A stretch of 61,816 bases of DNA from an uncultured Candidatus Saccharibacteria bacterium (GTDB taxonomy: Bacteria; Patescibacteriota; Saccharimonadia; Saccharimonadales; Saccharimonadaceae). The notes beneath the pieces are model-generated. The model was not told where the DNA came from. It made no database searches and saw only the letters and a list, made by a program, of their open reading frames with translations. Numbering within the stretch: position 1 is the stretch's first letter; the number at the start of each line of letters is the position of its first letter. Both the position numbers and the translations under genes were made by a program. The DNA lies in assembly GCA_963534385.1 (NCBI GenBank), contig CAUSSQ010000001.1, forward strand, positions 1 to 61,816, written 5' to 3'. Shown piece after piece: positions 31,456 through 41,191 of the stretch.

Positions 31456-31862
31456 AGGACGCCAAGCACCAGCCACTTCGCTTCATCGTAGTCGGCGTCT
31501 CTAATACCGTCCTTGACTTTACCCTGATGAATCTACTCAGCTTAGCCGGTCTTAATCTCATCATGGCTAATACTATCTCGACCGGTATCGCCATGATCTA
31601 CAGTTTCTTGATGAATAAGAAATGGACCTTTCGTAATGCCGGGCAAGACTATCTACGTCAGGTTACCCTCTTCTTTATCTTCACCGCTATCGGTATCTGG
31701 GTAATCCAGAATGGGCTAATAATCCTAGCTCAACATTACCTACCTCATTTTGGTTTACCCGATCGGGTCTTTAATAACTTGGCTAAGCTAGGTGCCTCAG
31801 TCTTTAGTCTGACTTGGAATTATCTGACTTATAATCGCTTCGTCTTTACTGATAAACGCTAA
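31452..31862 (+). CDS. GtrA family flippase
   Basis: RFIVVG..NT, SF..NK.WTF, four TMs; follows the GtrB-like gene. Confidence 0.88.
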   Translation: MKDAKHQPLRFIVVGVSNTVLDFTLMNLLSLAGLNLIMANTISTGIAMIYSFLMNKKWTFRNAGQDYLRQVTLFFIFTAIGIWVIQNGLIILAQHYLPHFGLPDRVFNNLAKLGASVFSLTWNYLTYNRFVFTDKR

Positions 31863-32344
31863 TCACTTGGCTTGCTCTCAGGAGTAGTAATCTTGCGGAT
31901 TACCACATGTCTTTCAGCACCTTCACCTTCACTCTCTGTCGATAATTGCGTATAATCACCTAGTACTTTATGAACCACTCGTCGCTCTGCCGGATTCATT
32001 GGCTTTAGCGGCATCGGCTCACCGGTCGTCATGACTGACTTTGCCCATTTCTCAGCCTTGTCAGCCAGCTGCTCATTATGGCGTTTTTTATAGTCAGCGA
32101 TATCAAGATTCACTCGATACAACAATGCCTTCTGCTGGATCAAGGTAACTCTAATAAGGGTCTGGATGCTACGCAGGGTGTCACCTCGATTACCGATCAA
32201 TAGATTAGATAGATATGAGCTCGGTACCGACAGCTCTATGACATCTTCCTCTGCCGTAGCATAGACATCGACATTGAGACCAAAGAACGACATTAGATCT
32301 TCGGCATATTTCTTGGCATACATGATTGATTCTTCTCTATCCAT
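31859..32344 (-). CDS. jag: Jag/KhpB (KH + R3H) RNA-binding protein
   Basis: LIG.RG.TL..IQ, PMNPAERRVVH, SEGEG..RHVVI; downstream of yidC. Confidence 0.88.
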   Translation of the reverse strand: MDREESIMYAKKYAEDLMSFFGLNVDVYATAEEDVIELSVPSSYLSNLLIGNRGDTLRSIQTLIRVTLIQQKALLYRVNLDIADYKKRHNEQLADKAEKWAKSVMTTGEPMPLKPMNPAERRVVHKVLGDYTQLSTESEGEGAERHVVIRKITTPESKPSD

Positions 32345-32353
32345 ATTTTCTCC

Positions 32354-33298
32354 TTACTTCGCCTTAATCCGTCGTACCACCGTCTTACCGCCACTAGCTT
32401 TACTGTCTTTCTTACTAGTCGCTTTCTTGCGGATGATTACTGCCTCTTGGGCTTGCCTGGATCGCTTAGCATTATGGCTACTAGCCATCTTCTCTAGCTC
32501 TTCTTCGCTACGACTTAAGACACGCTGTTGCTGACCAATCGCCACTAGCGAGGTAGTAGCGTAGTATAGTACTACTGCTCCAGGCAAAGCTAACATCACC
32601 ATCAGAGTCATAATCGGCGTAAAGTACAGCATATTGCGATTCATCGCTGAGACCATATCTGACTGGTCAACCTCCTGCCCCTTCGACGCCTGCTTGAACA
32701 AGTCTTTTAGCTTCTTGTGTTCACTGGCACTAGGCATGATTTGCTTAGTCTGGTAAAACTGAAAGACGGTAGCTAAGATGGCGATCATCAGTCCCGGTAA
32801 GTAACCGGCGACCACCTTAGTCAGGTCAACCACCCCCAGTAGCATCAAGTGATTACCACTCATCATCTCTGATGCTTTATGAAAGCCACTCATAAATGGG
32901 TATAGGTAGTCAGCCGGGTTAATACCGTTAAGATGATTAAAGTTGCCGCCCGAAGCAATCCTAATGCCCCGGTAGATAGCAATCATGATCGGTATCTGAA
33001 TGAGTAGGACTAACATCGAGCTAAATGGCTTGATATTCTTCTCTCGATAAAGCTCCATCAGCATGGTGGACTCCAGCATCCGGTTGCCGTTGGCTTTCTG
33101 TTTAATCTTCTTCAGCTCCGGCTGTATCTGACGCATCATCTTTGTCTGGTGAAGCTGTTTCTTGACTAGCGGCCACATTAGCAGCCTGATCAGAATAGTC
33201 ACGATGATGATTGAGACGCCAAAGTCACCGATGAAGTTATAGATAAACGCCAGTAGATTAAAAATAGGCTGAGTTAGCAGACGGTCAAATAGATTCAT
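32354..33298 (-). CDS. yidC: membrane protein insertase YidC
   Basis: IRLLMWPL, IQPELKKI, LYREK, LIQIPI; rnpA-yidC-jag order. Confidence 0.93.
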   Translation of the reverse strand: MNLFDRLLTQPIFNLLAFIYNFIGDFGVSIIIVTILIRLLMWPLVKKQLHQTKMMRQIQPELKKIKQKANGNRMLESTMLMELYREKNIKPFSSMLVLLIQIPIMIAIYRGIRIASGGNFNHLNGINPADYLYPFMSGFHKASEMMSGNHLMLLGVVDLTKVVAGYLPGLMIAILATVFQFYQTKQIMPSASEHKKLKDLFKQASKGQEVDQSDMVSAMNRNMLYFTPIMTLMVMLALPGAVVLYYATTSLVAIGQQQRVLSRSEEELEKMASSHNAKRSRQAQEAVIIRKKATSKKDSKASGGKTVVRRIKAK

Positions 33299-33346
33299 AT
33301 GCTGTATTTTATCATCTAGCTACTATCTTGACTACTTTTAGAAGGA

Positions 33347-33691
33347 TTAAGAAATAACGTCAAGCTTAACGAGCAGTTTATCTAGCTGCTCACCTAGCTG
33401 GCTCGGCGATAATTGATCGATCGGCTGATAGACGATCACCACCAGGTCAACTACCTGCCGAAACTTATCTAGTCTCGACCGTAGCTGCTCGTAGATCCGA
33501 CGACGAGTCCGATTGCGGTCTACGGCATGCTTGAGCACCTTCTTACTGACCACCACTGCTATTCGAGGCGTCTGACGTCGCTGATTGCTGGCACACTTTA
33601 GTGACAGCTCCTTACTCCGAGCCTGCTTACCTTTATTTAAGACATATCGGACACTAGCATGACCATGAAAACGATATTGCTGACTAATCAT
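33347..33691 (-). CDS. rnpA: ribonuclease P protein component
   Basis: VSKKV.K.AV.RNR.RRR motif; context. Confidence 0.93.
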   Translation of the reverse strand: MISQQYRFHGHASVRYVLNKGKQARSKELSLKCASNQRRQTPRIAVVVSKKVLKHAVDRNRTRRRIYEQLRSRLDKFRQVVDLVVIVYQPIDQLSPSQLGEQLDKLLVKLDVIS

Positions 33692-33723
33692 AAATCACCA
33701 TCAGTATACCAAATAACAATAAA

Positions 33724-33744
33724 GAGGCTCTCGAAAGTAGCCTC
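33724..33744 (-). terminator. probable rpmH terminator
   Basis: minus GAGGCT-ACTTTCGAG-AGCCTC followed by TTTATTG. Confidence 0.5.
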
Positions 33745-33765
33745 ATGGATTAGTCGGAAGATTGA

Positions 33766-33903
33766 CTAGATAGCTATCTTAGCTCGCTTTTTATTACGAC
33801 GACGCTTCAAGACTAATCGACCGGCTCGACTGGACATCCGTGCCCGAAAGCCATGAACTTTCGCTCGACTTCGCTTGTGCGGTTGGTACGTTCTCTTTGG
33901 CAT
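33766..33903 (-). CDS. rpmH: 50S ribosomal protein L34 (missing from the ORF track)
   Basis: hand translation [45 protein letters not shown]. Confidence 0.97.
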   Translation of the reverse strand: MPKRTYQPHKRSRAKVHGFRARMSSRAGRLVLKRRRNKKRAKIAI

Positions 33904-34082
33904 ATCTATAAGATGTTATCACATCAGGCTCATATTTAGCAAATATCGACAGTTTTCCACATATATTAGTGCTATATTCGTACTTGTGGAAAACACAAGT
34001 TATCCACAAGTTGACAAATTAGCTAAAGTGTGAATCACTTTTTGCTTGTGGAAAACTTGCTATTTTGCTAGACTAAAGGCTA
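33904..34082. other. oriC part 1 / dnaA promoter with DnaA boxes
   Basis: TTTTCCACA 33953-61, TGTGGAAAA 33985-93, TTATCCACA 34000-08, TGTGGAAAA 34047-55. Confidence 0.85.
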
Positions 34083-35477
34083 ATGAAGGGGCTAAGTGAG
34101 GGGGACGATATAGTGCAGAGTGACATCTCAGCTAGTGAGATGAAATCTCTCTGGGAGACAGTCTTAAACGACGCTGACTTGTCCGGTCGTTTCGGTACTA
34201 TGTTTGACACTTTCTGGAAGCCGACCAAGCTGATCAACGTGAGCAACAATGTTTATACTGTCGAAGTTAAAAATATCTTTGCCAAGAGCCAGTTTGAGAA
34301 GAAGTACGAGGACGACGTCCGAGAGTTACTCAAGAAGAATGGTGCCAGCTCCCCTAGGGTGGATTTCGTAACCAGCTCAAAGAATCTCAAACGTCGTGAA
34401 GATAGTGTAGTGGTGATTGATGATCAGCCTAAGGCTAGCGCCACCACCACTTTTAATAGCCACCTAAATAAAAAATATTCTTTTGCTAATTTCATCGTCG
34501 GTTCGTGTAACGAGCTAGCCTATGCCGCCGCCCAAGCCGCTGCCAAGAAACCCGGCGAGAAATATAATCCTATCTTTATCTATGGTGGTGCCGGTCTGGG
34601 TAAAACTCACCTGATTCAAGCTATCGGCAATGCCATCCTGGAGCACTTTAGTAACAAGCGAGTACTCTACGTTACCACTGAGGAATTCACTAATGACTAC
34701 ATCTACCACATTACCAATAAGTCGTCACAGGAGTTTACCGATAAATATCGCAATCTTGACGTCCTCATCATTGATGATATTCAATTTATCAGCGGTAAGG
34801 ACAAGACTCAGGAAGCCTTCTTCAACACATTTAATGCTCTCTACCAAGCTAACAGGCAGATCATCATCAGTTCTGACCGTCCGCCGGCTATCATTCCCAC
34901 TCTGACCGACCGATTAAAGAGTCGCTTTCAGATGGGGATGAATATCGACGTTAGTTTACCCGACTACGAGACCAGAGTCGCTATCATCAAGACTAAGGCC
35001 TTATTAAACTCAGCGATTGAGTTACCAGCCGGCACAGCCGAATATATCGCTCGGACAGTCAAGACTAATATCCGTGAGCTGGAGGGAGTGCTTAATCAAG
35101 TAATGGCTTACGCTGAGATGCGCAATGTCATCCCGACAGTTGATTTCGCCACCGAAGTACTGGCCAGTGCCCGTCCCAGTCAAACCCGTCATATTACCGC
35201 CCGCCAGATCATTGAGAAGACAGCTAAGTATTTCGAGATCAAGACCAGCGAGATCAAATCAGCTTCCCGCAGCCAATACATCATCGTACCGCGCCAGATC
35301 GCTATGTATCTACTGCGGAGCGAACTCCATATGAGCTATCCTCAGATTACCAGGGAGCTGGGTCGAAAAGATCACACTACCGCCATGCATTCGATTAACA
35401 AGATCGAAAAACAGCTCAAGTTTGACGCTATGATCAGAGAAAAAGTTAACGATATTAAGGATAGGCTTTATGCTTAG
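34083..35477 (+). CDS. dnaA: chromosomal replication initiator DnaA
   Basis: YNPIFIYGGAGLGKTHL, IDDIQF, NIRELEG, RQIAMYL, GRKDHTT. Confidence 0.99.
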   Translation: MKGLSEGDDIVQSDISASEMKSLWETVLNDADLSGRFGTMFDTFWKPTKLINVSNNVYTVEVKNIFAKSQFEKKYEDDVRELLKKNGASSPRVDFVTSSKNLKRREDSVVVIDDQPKASATTTFNSHLNKKYSFANFIVGSCNELAYAAAQAAAKKPGEKYNPIFIYGGAGLGKTHLIQAIGNAILEHFSNKRVLYVTTEEFTNDYIYHITNKSSQEFTDKYRNLDVLIIDDIQFISGKDKTQEAFFNTFNALYQANRQIIISSDRPPAIIPTLTDRLKSRFQMGMNIDVSLPDYETRVAIIKTKALLNSAIELPAGTAEYIARTVKTNIRELEGVLNQVMAYAEMRNVIPTVDFATEVLASARPSQTRHITARQIIEKTAKYFEIKTSEIKSASRSQYIIVPRQIAMYLLRSELHMSYPQITRELGRKDHTTAMHSINKIEKQLKFDAMIREKVNDIKDRLYA

Positions 35478-35738
35478 CCGGGCTGTGGATATACTGCGAC
35501 TAAGCTGTGTTTTTGGAGTATCACAACCTGATGATGGTTTGTCACATTATTCGACGCTCAGTCATATTTTGGGTCTAATGTGTAAAAACACCCCCACTTT
35601 TCCTGCTTTCTACACTATCTATCCCCCATTTTATCCACTACACTCCGGCGGCTATCGACCAGGTATAGCGGAGCGGTTTTCCACTTTATCCACATACCTT
35701 ATGATGATGAGTAAGATATATTTAATTAAGGAGGGATC
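35478..35738. other. oriC part 2 (dnaA-dnaN intergenic; probable unwinding site)
   Basis: TGTGGATAT 35484-92, TTATCCACT 35631-39, tandem TTTTCCACT 35677-85 + TTATCCACA 35686-94, then CTT ATG ATG ATG and an AT-rich tract. Confidence 0.8.
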
Positions 35739-36836
35739 ATGAAATTAACTATCAAGCAAGACAACCTCGCTAAGGCACTAAATGCCGTTGGTCGAGTCGC
35801 TACAGCTAAGGCTGGTATGCCAATCCTAGCCAATATCCTGCTGCGAACTGATCAGAACAAGCTAACTATTGCCGCTACCAATCTCGAAGTGGCGATTATC
35901 TCCGTCATCGGAGCACAAGTGAAAGAACAGGGGGCGATCACTGTGCCGGCTCGTCTACTAACTGATTTCATCAGTAATCTACCGCACACTAATATTGCCC
36001 TAGAGACGGATGAATCGAAGCTAAAGGTCAGTACTGAAGGGTTTAAGTCGACCATTAACTCGATCTTAGCTGATGATTACCCGGCTTTACCTGAGTCGGA
36101 TGAGAAAGATAGGCTGAAAGTCTCTGCCGAAGAGCTGAAGAAATCGATTAGTCGGACGGCGTTGGTGTCAAGTAACGATACCACTAGACCAATCTTGACC
36201 GGTGTCTATCTGTACTCACAAGATGGTCAGCTTTATATGGTGGCAACTGATGGTTATCGCTTGGCTGAGTCGCAGTTGACTGAGTCTAAGCAAGATGTCT
36301 CGGCGATTATCCCCAGCAGTACTCTAGCTGAAGTGGTGCGCTTACTGGGTGATCTGACTGAGGTGGAGGTGAGGTACAAGGACGATCAGATTACCTTTCT
36401 ACTCGACAATGTCTCGGTTACTTCACGCTTGATTGATGGCAAATTCATCGACTACCGACAGCTTATCCCGACGGAGACGAATTATCAGATAACGGTGGAG
36501 CGAGCAGAGCTCATTAAGATAGTTAAGGTGGCTGAGTTGTTTGCTCGAGAGAGTGCCGGGTCGATCATTATCGAGGGCAATCCCACCGATAAACTCTTAA
36601 ATGTTCGCTCTATCACTTCTCAGCTCGGCGATAACACTTCGTCGATTGAAGCGGATATCGTAGTGAAAGGAACTGAGCCGTGCATGGTTAGCCTTAACTC
36701 TAAATTCCTGTTAGATGCTCTGAATTGCCTGGAGGGAGATAAAGTCCGGATCATGTTTAACGGTAAGCTGGCACCGGTACTTTTACTGGGAGAGAAGTCG
36801 GATTATCGTCATATCATAATGCCGGTTAAGTCATAG
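35739..36836 (+). CDS. dnaN: DNA polymerase III beta sliding clamp
   Basis: ATNLE, RPILTGV, VATDGYRLA, SRLIDG.F.DY, IIMPV. Confidence 0.98.
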   Translation: MKLTIKQDNLAKALNAVGRVATAKAGMPILANILLRTDQNKLTIAATNLEVAIISVIGAQVKEQGAITVPARLLTDFISNLPHTNIALETDESKLKVSTEGFKSTINSILADDYPALPESDEKDRLKVSAEELKKSISRTALVSSNDTTRPILTGVYLYSQDGQLYMVATDGYRLAESQLTESKQDVSAIIPSSTLAEVVRLLGDLTEVEVRYKDDQITFLLDNVSVTSRLIDGKFIDYRQLIPTETNYQITVERAELIKIVKVAELFARESAGSIIIEGNPTDKLLNVRSITSQLGDNTSSIEADIVVKGTEPCMVSLNSKFLLDALNCLEGDKVRIMFNGKLAPVLLLGEKSDYRHIIMPVKS

Positions 36837-37856
36837 ATGTCTCACCTTTTACGTCTGCAGAACTTCCGTTGTCATCAAGACTATCAAGTTGAGCTGCCGA
36901 GTGAATTAACGATCATTACCGGACCGAACGGTAGTGGTAAAACTTCGCTCATCGAGGCGATATATCTGGCTTATCAAGGGAAGAGCTGGCGGTCGAATTT
37001 CGATCAGATTCGTCGTCAGGCTAACCATCAATCCTCCGACTGGTGGCGAGTTGATTTAACCGATCAAGCTAAAGAAACTACTAGAACGATCAAATATCAG
37101 TTAGGTCAGAAGTCTTTTACGATTAGTGATCGAATGTACTGTAGGTTGCCGCTTGTGATGAAAGTACCGGTGATACTATTCGAGCCGGGTGACATGCAGT
37201 TACTCTACGGCTCTCCTACCAGACGTCGTCAATTTATCGATCGTTTCATCGCTCAGCTTGAACCTGTTCATCAGCGAGAGCTTAATAAGTTTAACCGAGT
37301 GCTGAAGCAACGAAATATTTTACTAAAACAAGACGACTATTCTGCCGAAGAGTTAATGATCTGGGATATTCAATTTAGCGATCTCAGTAGTACTATTTCT
37401 CAGCGACGTCGTCAATATTTACAAGACATTAGCGAGATGTTGTCAGTAGAATATCGGCAAATCGCCGGGTCGGATCAGATGGTTCAGCTAAGATTTAGTC
37501 CGGGAGCGCCAATGACTAGTCAGGCGATTATGCACCGGTTGACCGGTTCTCATGATCGTTTGACTACTATCGGTGCTCAGAAAGACGACTATAAGTTTAT
37601 TTTTGGTGGTAGCGAGGCAAAATCGGTAGCGAGTCGAGGTGAGAATCGGACGATTATCTTTGCTCTGCTTAGCATTATTACTAAGCTGGCTCGTCAGCAG
37701 TATGGTGATCAGGTGGTGGTCCTACTTGATGACATCGATAGTGAGCTCGACTATAGTCACCGGATCAATCTCTATGATTTACCTAGTTTCCAGAGTCATA
37801 CCATAGCTACGACTCTTGATTACCGGGGTGATCACTACTCTATCCGGCTAGGTTAG
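36837..37856 (+). CDS. recF: DNA replication/repair protein RecF
   Basis: QNFR, GPNGSGKTS, GSP..RR.F.D, SRGE, LLDDIDSELD; follows dnaN. Confidence 0.88.
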   Translation: MSHLLRLQNFRCHQDYQVELPSELTIITGPNGSGKTSLIEAIYLAYQGKSWRSNFDQIRRQANHQSSDWWRVDLTDQAKETTRTIKYQLGQKSFTISDRMYCRLPLVMKVPVILFEPGDMQLLYGSPTRRRQFIDRFIAQLEPVHQRELNKFNRVLKQRNILLKQDDYSAEELMIWDIQFSDLSSTISQRRRQYLQDISEMLSVEYRQIAGSDQMVQLRFSPGAPMTSQAIMHRLTGSHDRLTTIGAQKDDYKFIFGGSEAKSVASRGENRTIIFALLSIITKLARQQYGDQVVVLLDDIDSELDYSHRINLYDLPSFQSHTIATTLDYRGDHYSIRLG

Positions 37857-39038
37857 CTGATTAAGGGCAGAGATGATGTCTTGTTTAGATGCTTTATAGG
37901 CGGGATAAACACCGGCGATCAGACCGGTTACTGTCGGTACGACTAGTCCGATTATGATGGCTAGCGGGCTGAAGCTGATTATCATTGAGTGAGTGAGCAG
38001 ATAGATAGAGGCGACGATATAAGCTAGCAGCAGTCCGACTAGCCCGCCTCTCAGAGAGATGATTAGGGCTTCAGCTAAGAATTGACTGACGATATCTTTG
38101 GTATTAGCCCCGACGGCTTTACGGATGCCGATTTCTCGCTGACGTTCGATTACCCCGACCAGCATGATATTAGCTAGACTAATGCTGCTAATCAGGAGGA
38201 TCAGACTGGTAATACCGAGTGACGACATAACCATTATTCGGACCAGATCATTCATCTTAGCTGAGATATCTTCACCACTGGTAATTGAATAGTCGCTGCT
38301 GTCGGCATGTTGGTGAGTTAAGATTTGGCTCAGCTTGGTCTTAGTCTGATCTATTTTGCTAATTTTAGTGACGATGATCTGGCTAATGTTATCACTCCGA
38401 ATCAGGCGCTGACCGTTGTCTAGGGAAATGTAGGCGGAATAATCGGTATTGTAGCCTCGGATAGACAAGGTTTGGTTGGTCTGGCGGATTATCCCGATGA
38501 CCGTGAAGCGTTGTCCTTTAATGGTAATGACCTGGCTACGAGCTTGATTAGTGCCGAGCAACTGGTTTGCTAAGCCTTCGCCTAGGATAACCAGGTTTTT
38601 ATCTTTCTCATCTTCAAACCAACTACCATTGAGCATGTGAAGTTCTAGATTAGCCGGGTTAGTCACCGAAGTAGCAATGATTTGGCTAGTGACTTTCGTC
38701 TTACCGAATTGGATACCACCGGAAGTAATTAGTGTGCTGTGGATGGCAGAGTTCTTAGGTAAAATCTTGCTGATTTGCTTGATATCGGTATTACGTAAGG
38801 TGTCTCTAGGGGTACTAAAAGGCAGATTGATCAGTCCGTTATCCCTAGCTCCGCTGATGATAATTGATCTCTTGTCTATCTGCTCTAGCTGATGGTAAAA
38901 GCTAAGCTTGACACTATCGCTGATGATGATAACTAGCGAAATGATGAAGACACTGATGATGATGCCGATCATCGATAGTCTCACTCGTAGGCGGTGGTGG
39001 CGCAGGCTATCTTTAGCTAGGTGAAGAGCTAAGTTCAT
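37848..39038 (-). CDS. MacB/FtsX-type ABC permease
   Basis: ERQREIGIRKAVGA..I..QFL.E, G.YPA.KAS. Confidence 0.9.
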   Translation of the reverse strand: MNLALHLAKDSLRHHRLRVRLSMIGIIISVFIISLVIIISDSVKLSFYHQLEQIDKRSIIISGARDNGLINLPFSTPRDTLRNTDIKQISKILPKNSAIHSTLITSGGIQFGKTKVTSQIIATSVTNPANLELHMLNGSWFEDEKDKNLVILGEGLANQLLGTNQARSQVITIKGQRFTVIGIIRQTNQTLSIRGYNTDYSAYISLDNGQRLIRSDNISQIIVTKISKIDQTKTKLSQILTHQHADSSDYSITSGEDISAKMNDLVRIMVMSSLGITSLILLISSISLANIMLVGVIERQREIGIRKAVGANTKDIVSQFLAEALIISLRGGLVGLLLAYIVASIYLLTHSMIISFSPLAIIIGLVVPTVTGLIAGVYPAYKASKQDIISALNQLT

Positions 39039-39907
39039 TTGTGTCGCCTCACTCTGGTTAGACGTTTCTGTCGTTTTAACGAATTAGTTGCTTTTTTCTG
39101 CCGGTTGGAGATAGTCCGTTTGGTTACCTTAAAGGCTTTAGTCTCAGTTAGCTCTTCATCTCGCTCGATCTGACCATCTCTCATGTAGATCACCCTGGAA
39201 GCAAACTTCAGGAGTTCGGGATTATGAGTCACCATCAGGATGGTATTGCCTTTCTTGTGGAGTTCAGTTAGTAAGTCCATGATGACCTGGCTATTATTAC
39301 TATCCAGATTACCGGTCGGCTCGTCGGCTAAGATAATTGAGGGGTGACTGATCAAGGCCCTGGCGATGGCTACCCGTTGCATCTGACCACCGGAAAGTTG
39401 GTTAGGTTTGAAATATTCCCGATTCTTCAGTCCGATAGCATCTAGTAGCTGGCTGGCCTTCTCTAGGTTTTTGTAGTTCCAGCCGTGCCGATAAGTTAGT
39501 GGTAAGACGACGTTATCCAGCACGGTCATATTAGTCACTAGATTAAAGTTCTGAAAGATAAAACCGATCTCTCGATTACGAATTCTGGCTTTACGACTGC
39601 TACTAAACTTACCGACATCTCTACCGTTAAATAGGTAGCGACCGATGGTGGGCTGATCAAGCAGCCCCAGGATATTCAGCAGAGTTGTCTTGCCGCAACC
39701 GCTCGGACCCATGATGGCGACGAACTCACCTCGCTGGATCTCTAGATTGATACTGACGATGGCGTCGGTGGCTGAGTCGTCGAAGCCGAATGTCTTAGTA
39801 GCTCGCCGTAATGAGATAACCGGCGTCTGGCTATCACCGGCTGAGACACGAGCAAAAAACACCCGCTCGGGGTGGCTTTCATTACTCACTTCATGTCTCA
39901 TTACCAC
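39035..39907 (-). CDS. ABC transporter ATP-binding protein (LolD/MacB-type)
   Basis: GPSGCGKTT, LSGGQMQRVAIARAL, ADEPTGNLD. Confidence 0.95.
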   Translation of the reverse strand: MVMRHEVSNESHPERVFFARVSAGDSQTPVISLRRATKTFGFDDSATDAIVSINLEIQRGEFVAIMGPSGCGKTTLLNILGLLDQPTIGRYLFNGRDVGKFSSSRKARIRNREIGFIFQNFNLVTNMTVLDNVVLPLTYRHGWNYKNLEKASQLLDAIGLKNREYFKPNQLSGGQMQRVAIARALISHPSIILADEPTGNLDSNNSQVIMDLLTELHKKGNTILMVTHNPELLKFASRVIYMRDGQIERDEELTETKAFKVTKRTISNRQKKATNSLKRQKRLTRVRRHK

Positions 39908-40001
39908 TATCTAATATAATACATGTCAAATCGCCTGATAGCAAATCCTGACCCCTTAAAAATGCTTATGTTTGATATATCGCTGTGCTATAATAATGCT
40001 C

Positions 40002-41180
40002 ATGGCAGAACATAAAGTTCCGCAGGACGTTGAGGCCGAGGATAAGCTGATCGGTCCATTTAGCTTTCGTCAATTTATGTTCCTATTAGTCGCTCTGGGG
40101 GCTGGTTTCGTCGCTTTTTTCTTGGGTAGGATCTCGATTCCGTTAGCTCTGATACCGGCTCCGATCAGCCTCTTTTTCCTAGTGATCGCTCTTCCCCTGC
40201 GTAAAGACCAGCCGACTGAGGTCTATGTGGCGGCATTAGTCCGCTATGCTTTTGCCCCCCGGTTAAAGGTCTGGCAGGCAGATGGTGAGAAGTCAACTGT
40301 CGAGATCAGTGCGCCGATCGTTGATACCAGCCCGAAGACTAAGGATCTAGCTGGCGAAGAAGTATCGCAGCGATTGTCCTTCCTGGCTAAACTATCTGAT
40401 ACGCAGGGTTGGTCGACCAGGGGTATGGGTGTACCGGTTAATAATACCAACCTTAATGATGATATCGCCTCTAGTGTCAGTAATACTCCTGACATACTAG
40501 AGGAAGGTAATATGTCGGAGTCGCTGGAGCGGAAGCTGGATCAATCGGAGGTAGAGGCTCGCAACCGGGCGATCAATCGGATGAAACAAGTAGCGACCAA
40601 TCAAGTGCTGGCTAAGCAGGCTGCTTCTAAACTACAACAGACTGCTACCATGCCGGTGATGCCGGCTCCCCCCGTTCGGCCGGCCACTCAGCAGCCGATT
40701 CCTCAGTTAATCAATCACCCCATCCGCCAGACTGCCCCACCTGCTCAGCCGGTCGCTAGTGCTGCCTATCGGCTACCTACTAATCCGGTTATGGCGGTAC
40801 CGGCTCCTCATCCCAGCCAAGCTCAGTACCAAATACCGCAGCAACCCATGGCGCCGATTCAGCAGCCGGTACCGATGACACCTCAGCAACCTCAGCAGAT
40901 CTCGCCTCCGGTGCAGCCACAGCCTCCACTATCTCAGCCGGCGCAGCCACCGGTAGACCCAGTCGCAACCAGTCCGCAGTTCCACCCGATCGTTCCTCAG
41001 GTGCGTCGAGTTCAGCCGACTAATCCGGCGCCGGAAGCAGCTGCGGTATCTAGCCCAATCCCGGCTAAGCCTGCTATAATGGATCAAAGGATATCACCAT
41101 CGTCTTCATCGCCGGCAGTTAAGCCTAATCCGCCTGCTGAGAAACCGAAGCCGGGGACGATCGATATCAGATTACACTAG
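40002..41180 (+). CDS. PrgI/VirB3-like T4SS membrane protein with Pro/Gln-rich tail
   Basis: VPQDVE.EDKLIGPFSFRQF + 2 TMs; precedes the VirB4 pair. Confidence 0.75.
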   Translation: MAEHKVPQDVEAEDKLIGPFSFRQFMFLLVALGAGFVAFFLGRISIPLALIPAPISLFFLVIALPLRKDQPTEVYVAALVRYAFAPRLKVWQADGEKSTVEISAPIVDTSPKTKDLAGEEVSQRLSFLAKLSDTQGWSTRGMGVPVNNTNLNDDIASSVSNTPDILEEGNMSESLERKLDQSEVEARNRAINRMKQVATNQVLAKQAASKLQQTATMPVMPAPPVRPATQQPIPQLINHPIRQTAPPAQPVASAAYRLPTNPVMAVPAPHPSQAQYQIPQQPMAPIQQPVPMTPQQPQQISPPVQPQPPLSQPAQPPVDPVATSPQFHPIVPQVRRVQPTNPAPEAAAVSSPIPAKPAIMDQRISPSSSSPAVKPNPPAEKPKPGTIDIRLH

Positions 41181-41191
41181 AGTGGGAGTAT

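Noticed and set aside
33794..34009. 71-aa ORF in the track
   Set aside because: Wrong-frame shadow of rpmH (33766-33903) that runs across DnaA boxes.
35470..35742. 90-aa ORF between dnaA and dnaN
   Set aside because: Covers the DnaA-box region and has no protein-like motifs.
40620..41160. CAGCC-rich quasi-repeats
   Set aside because: Explained by Pro/Gln low-complexity coding; no periodic unit, and not CRISPR. No CRISPR array was seen anywhere in the window.
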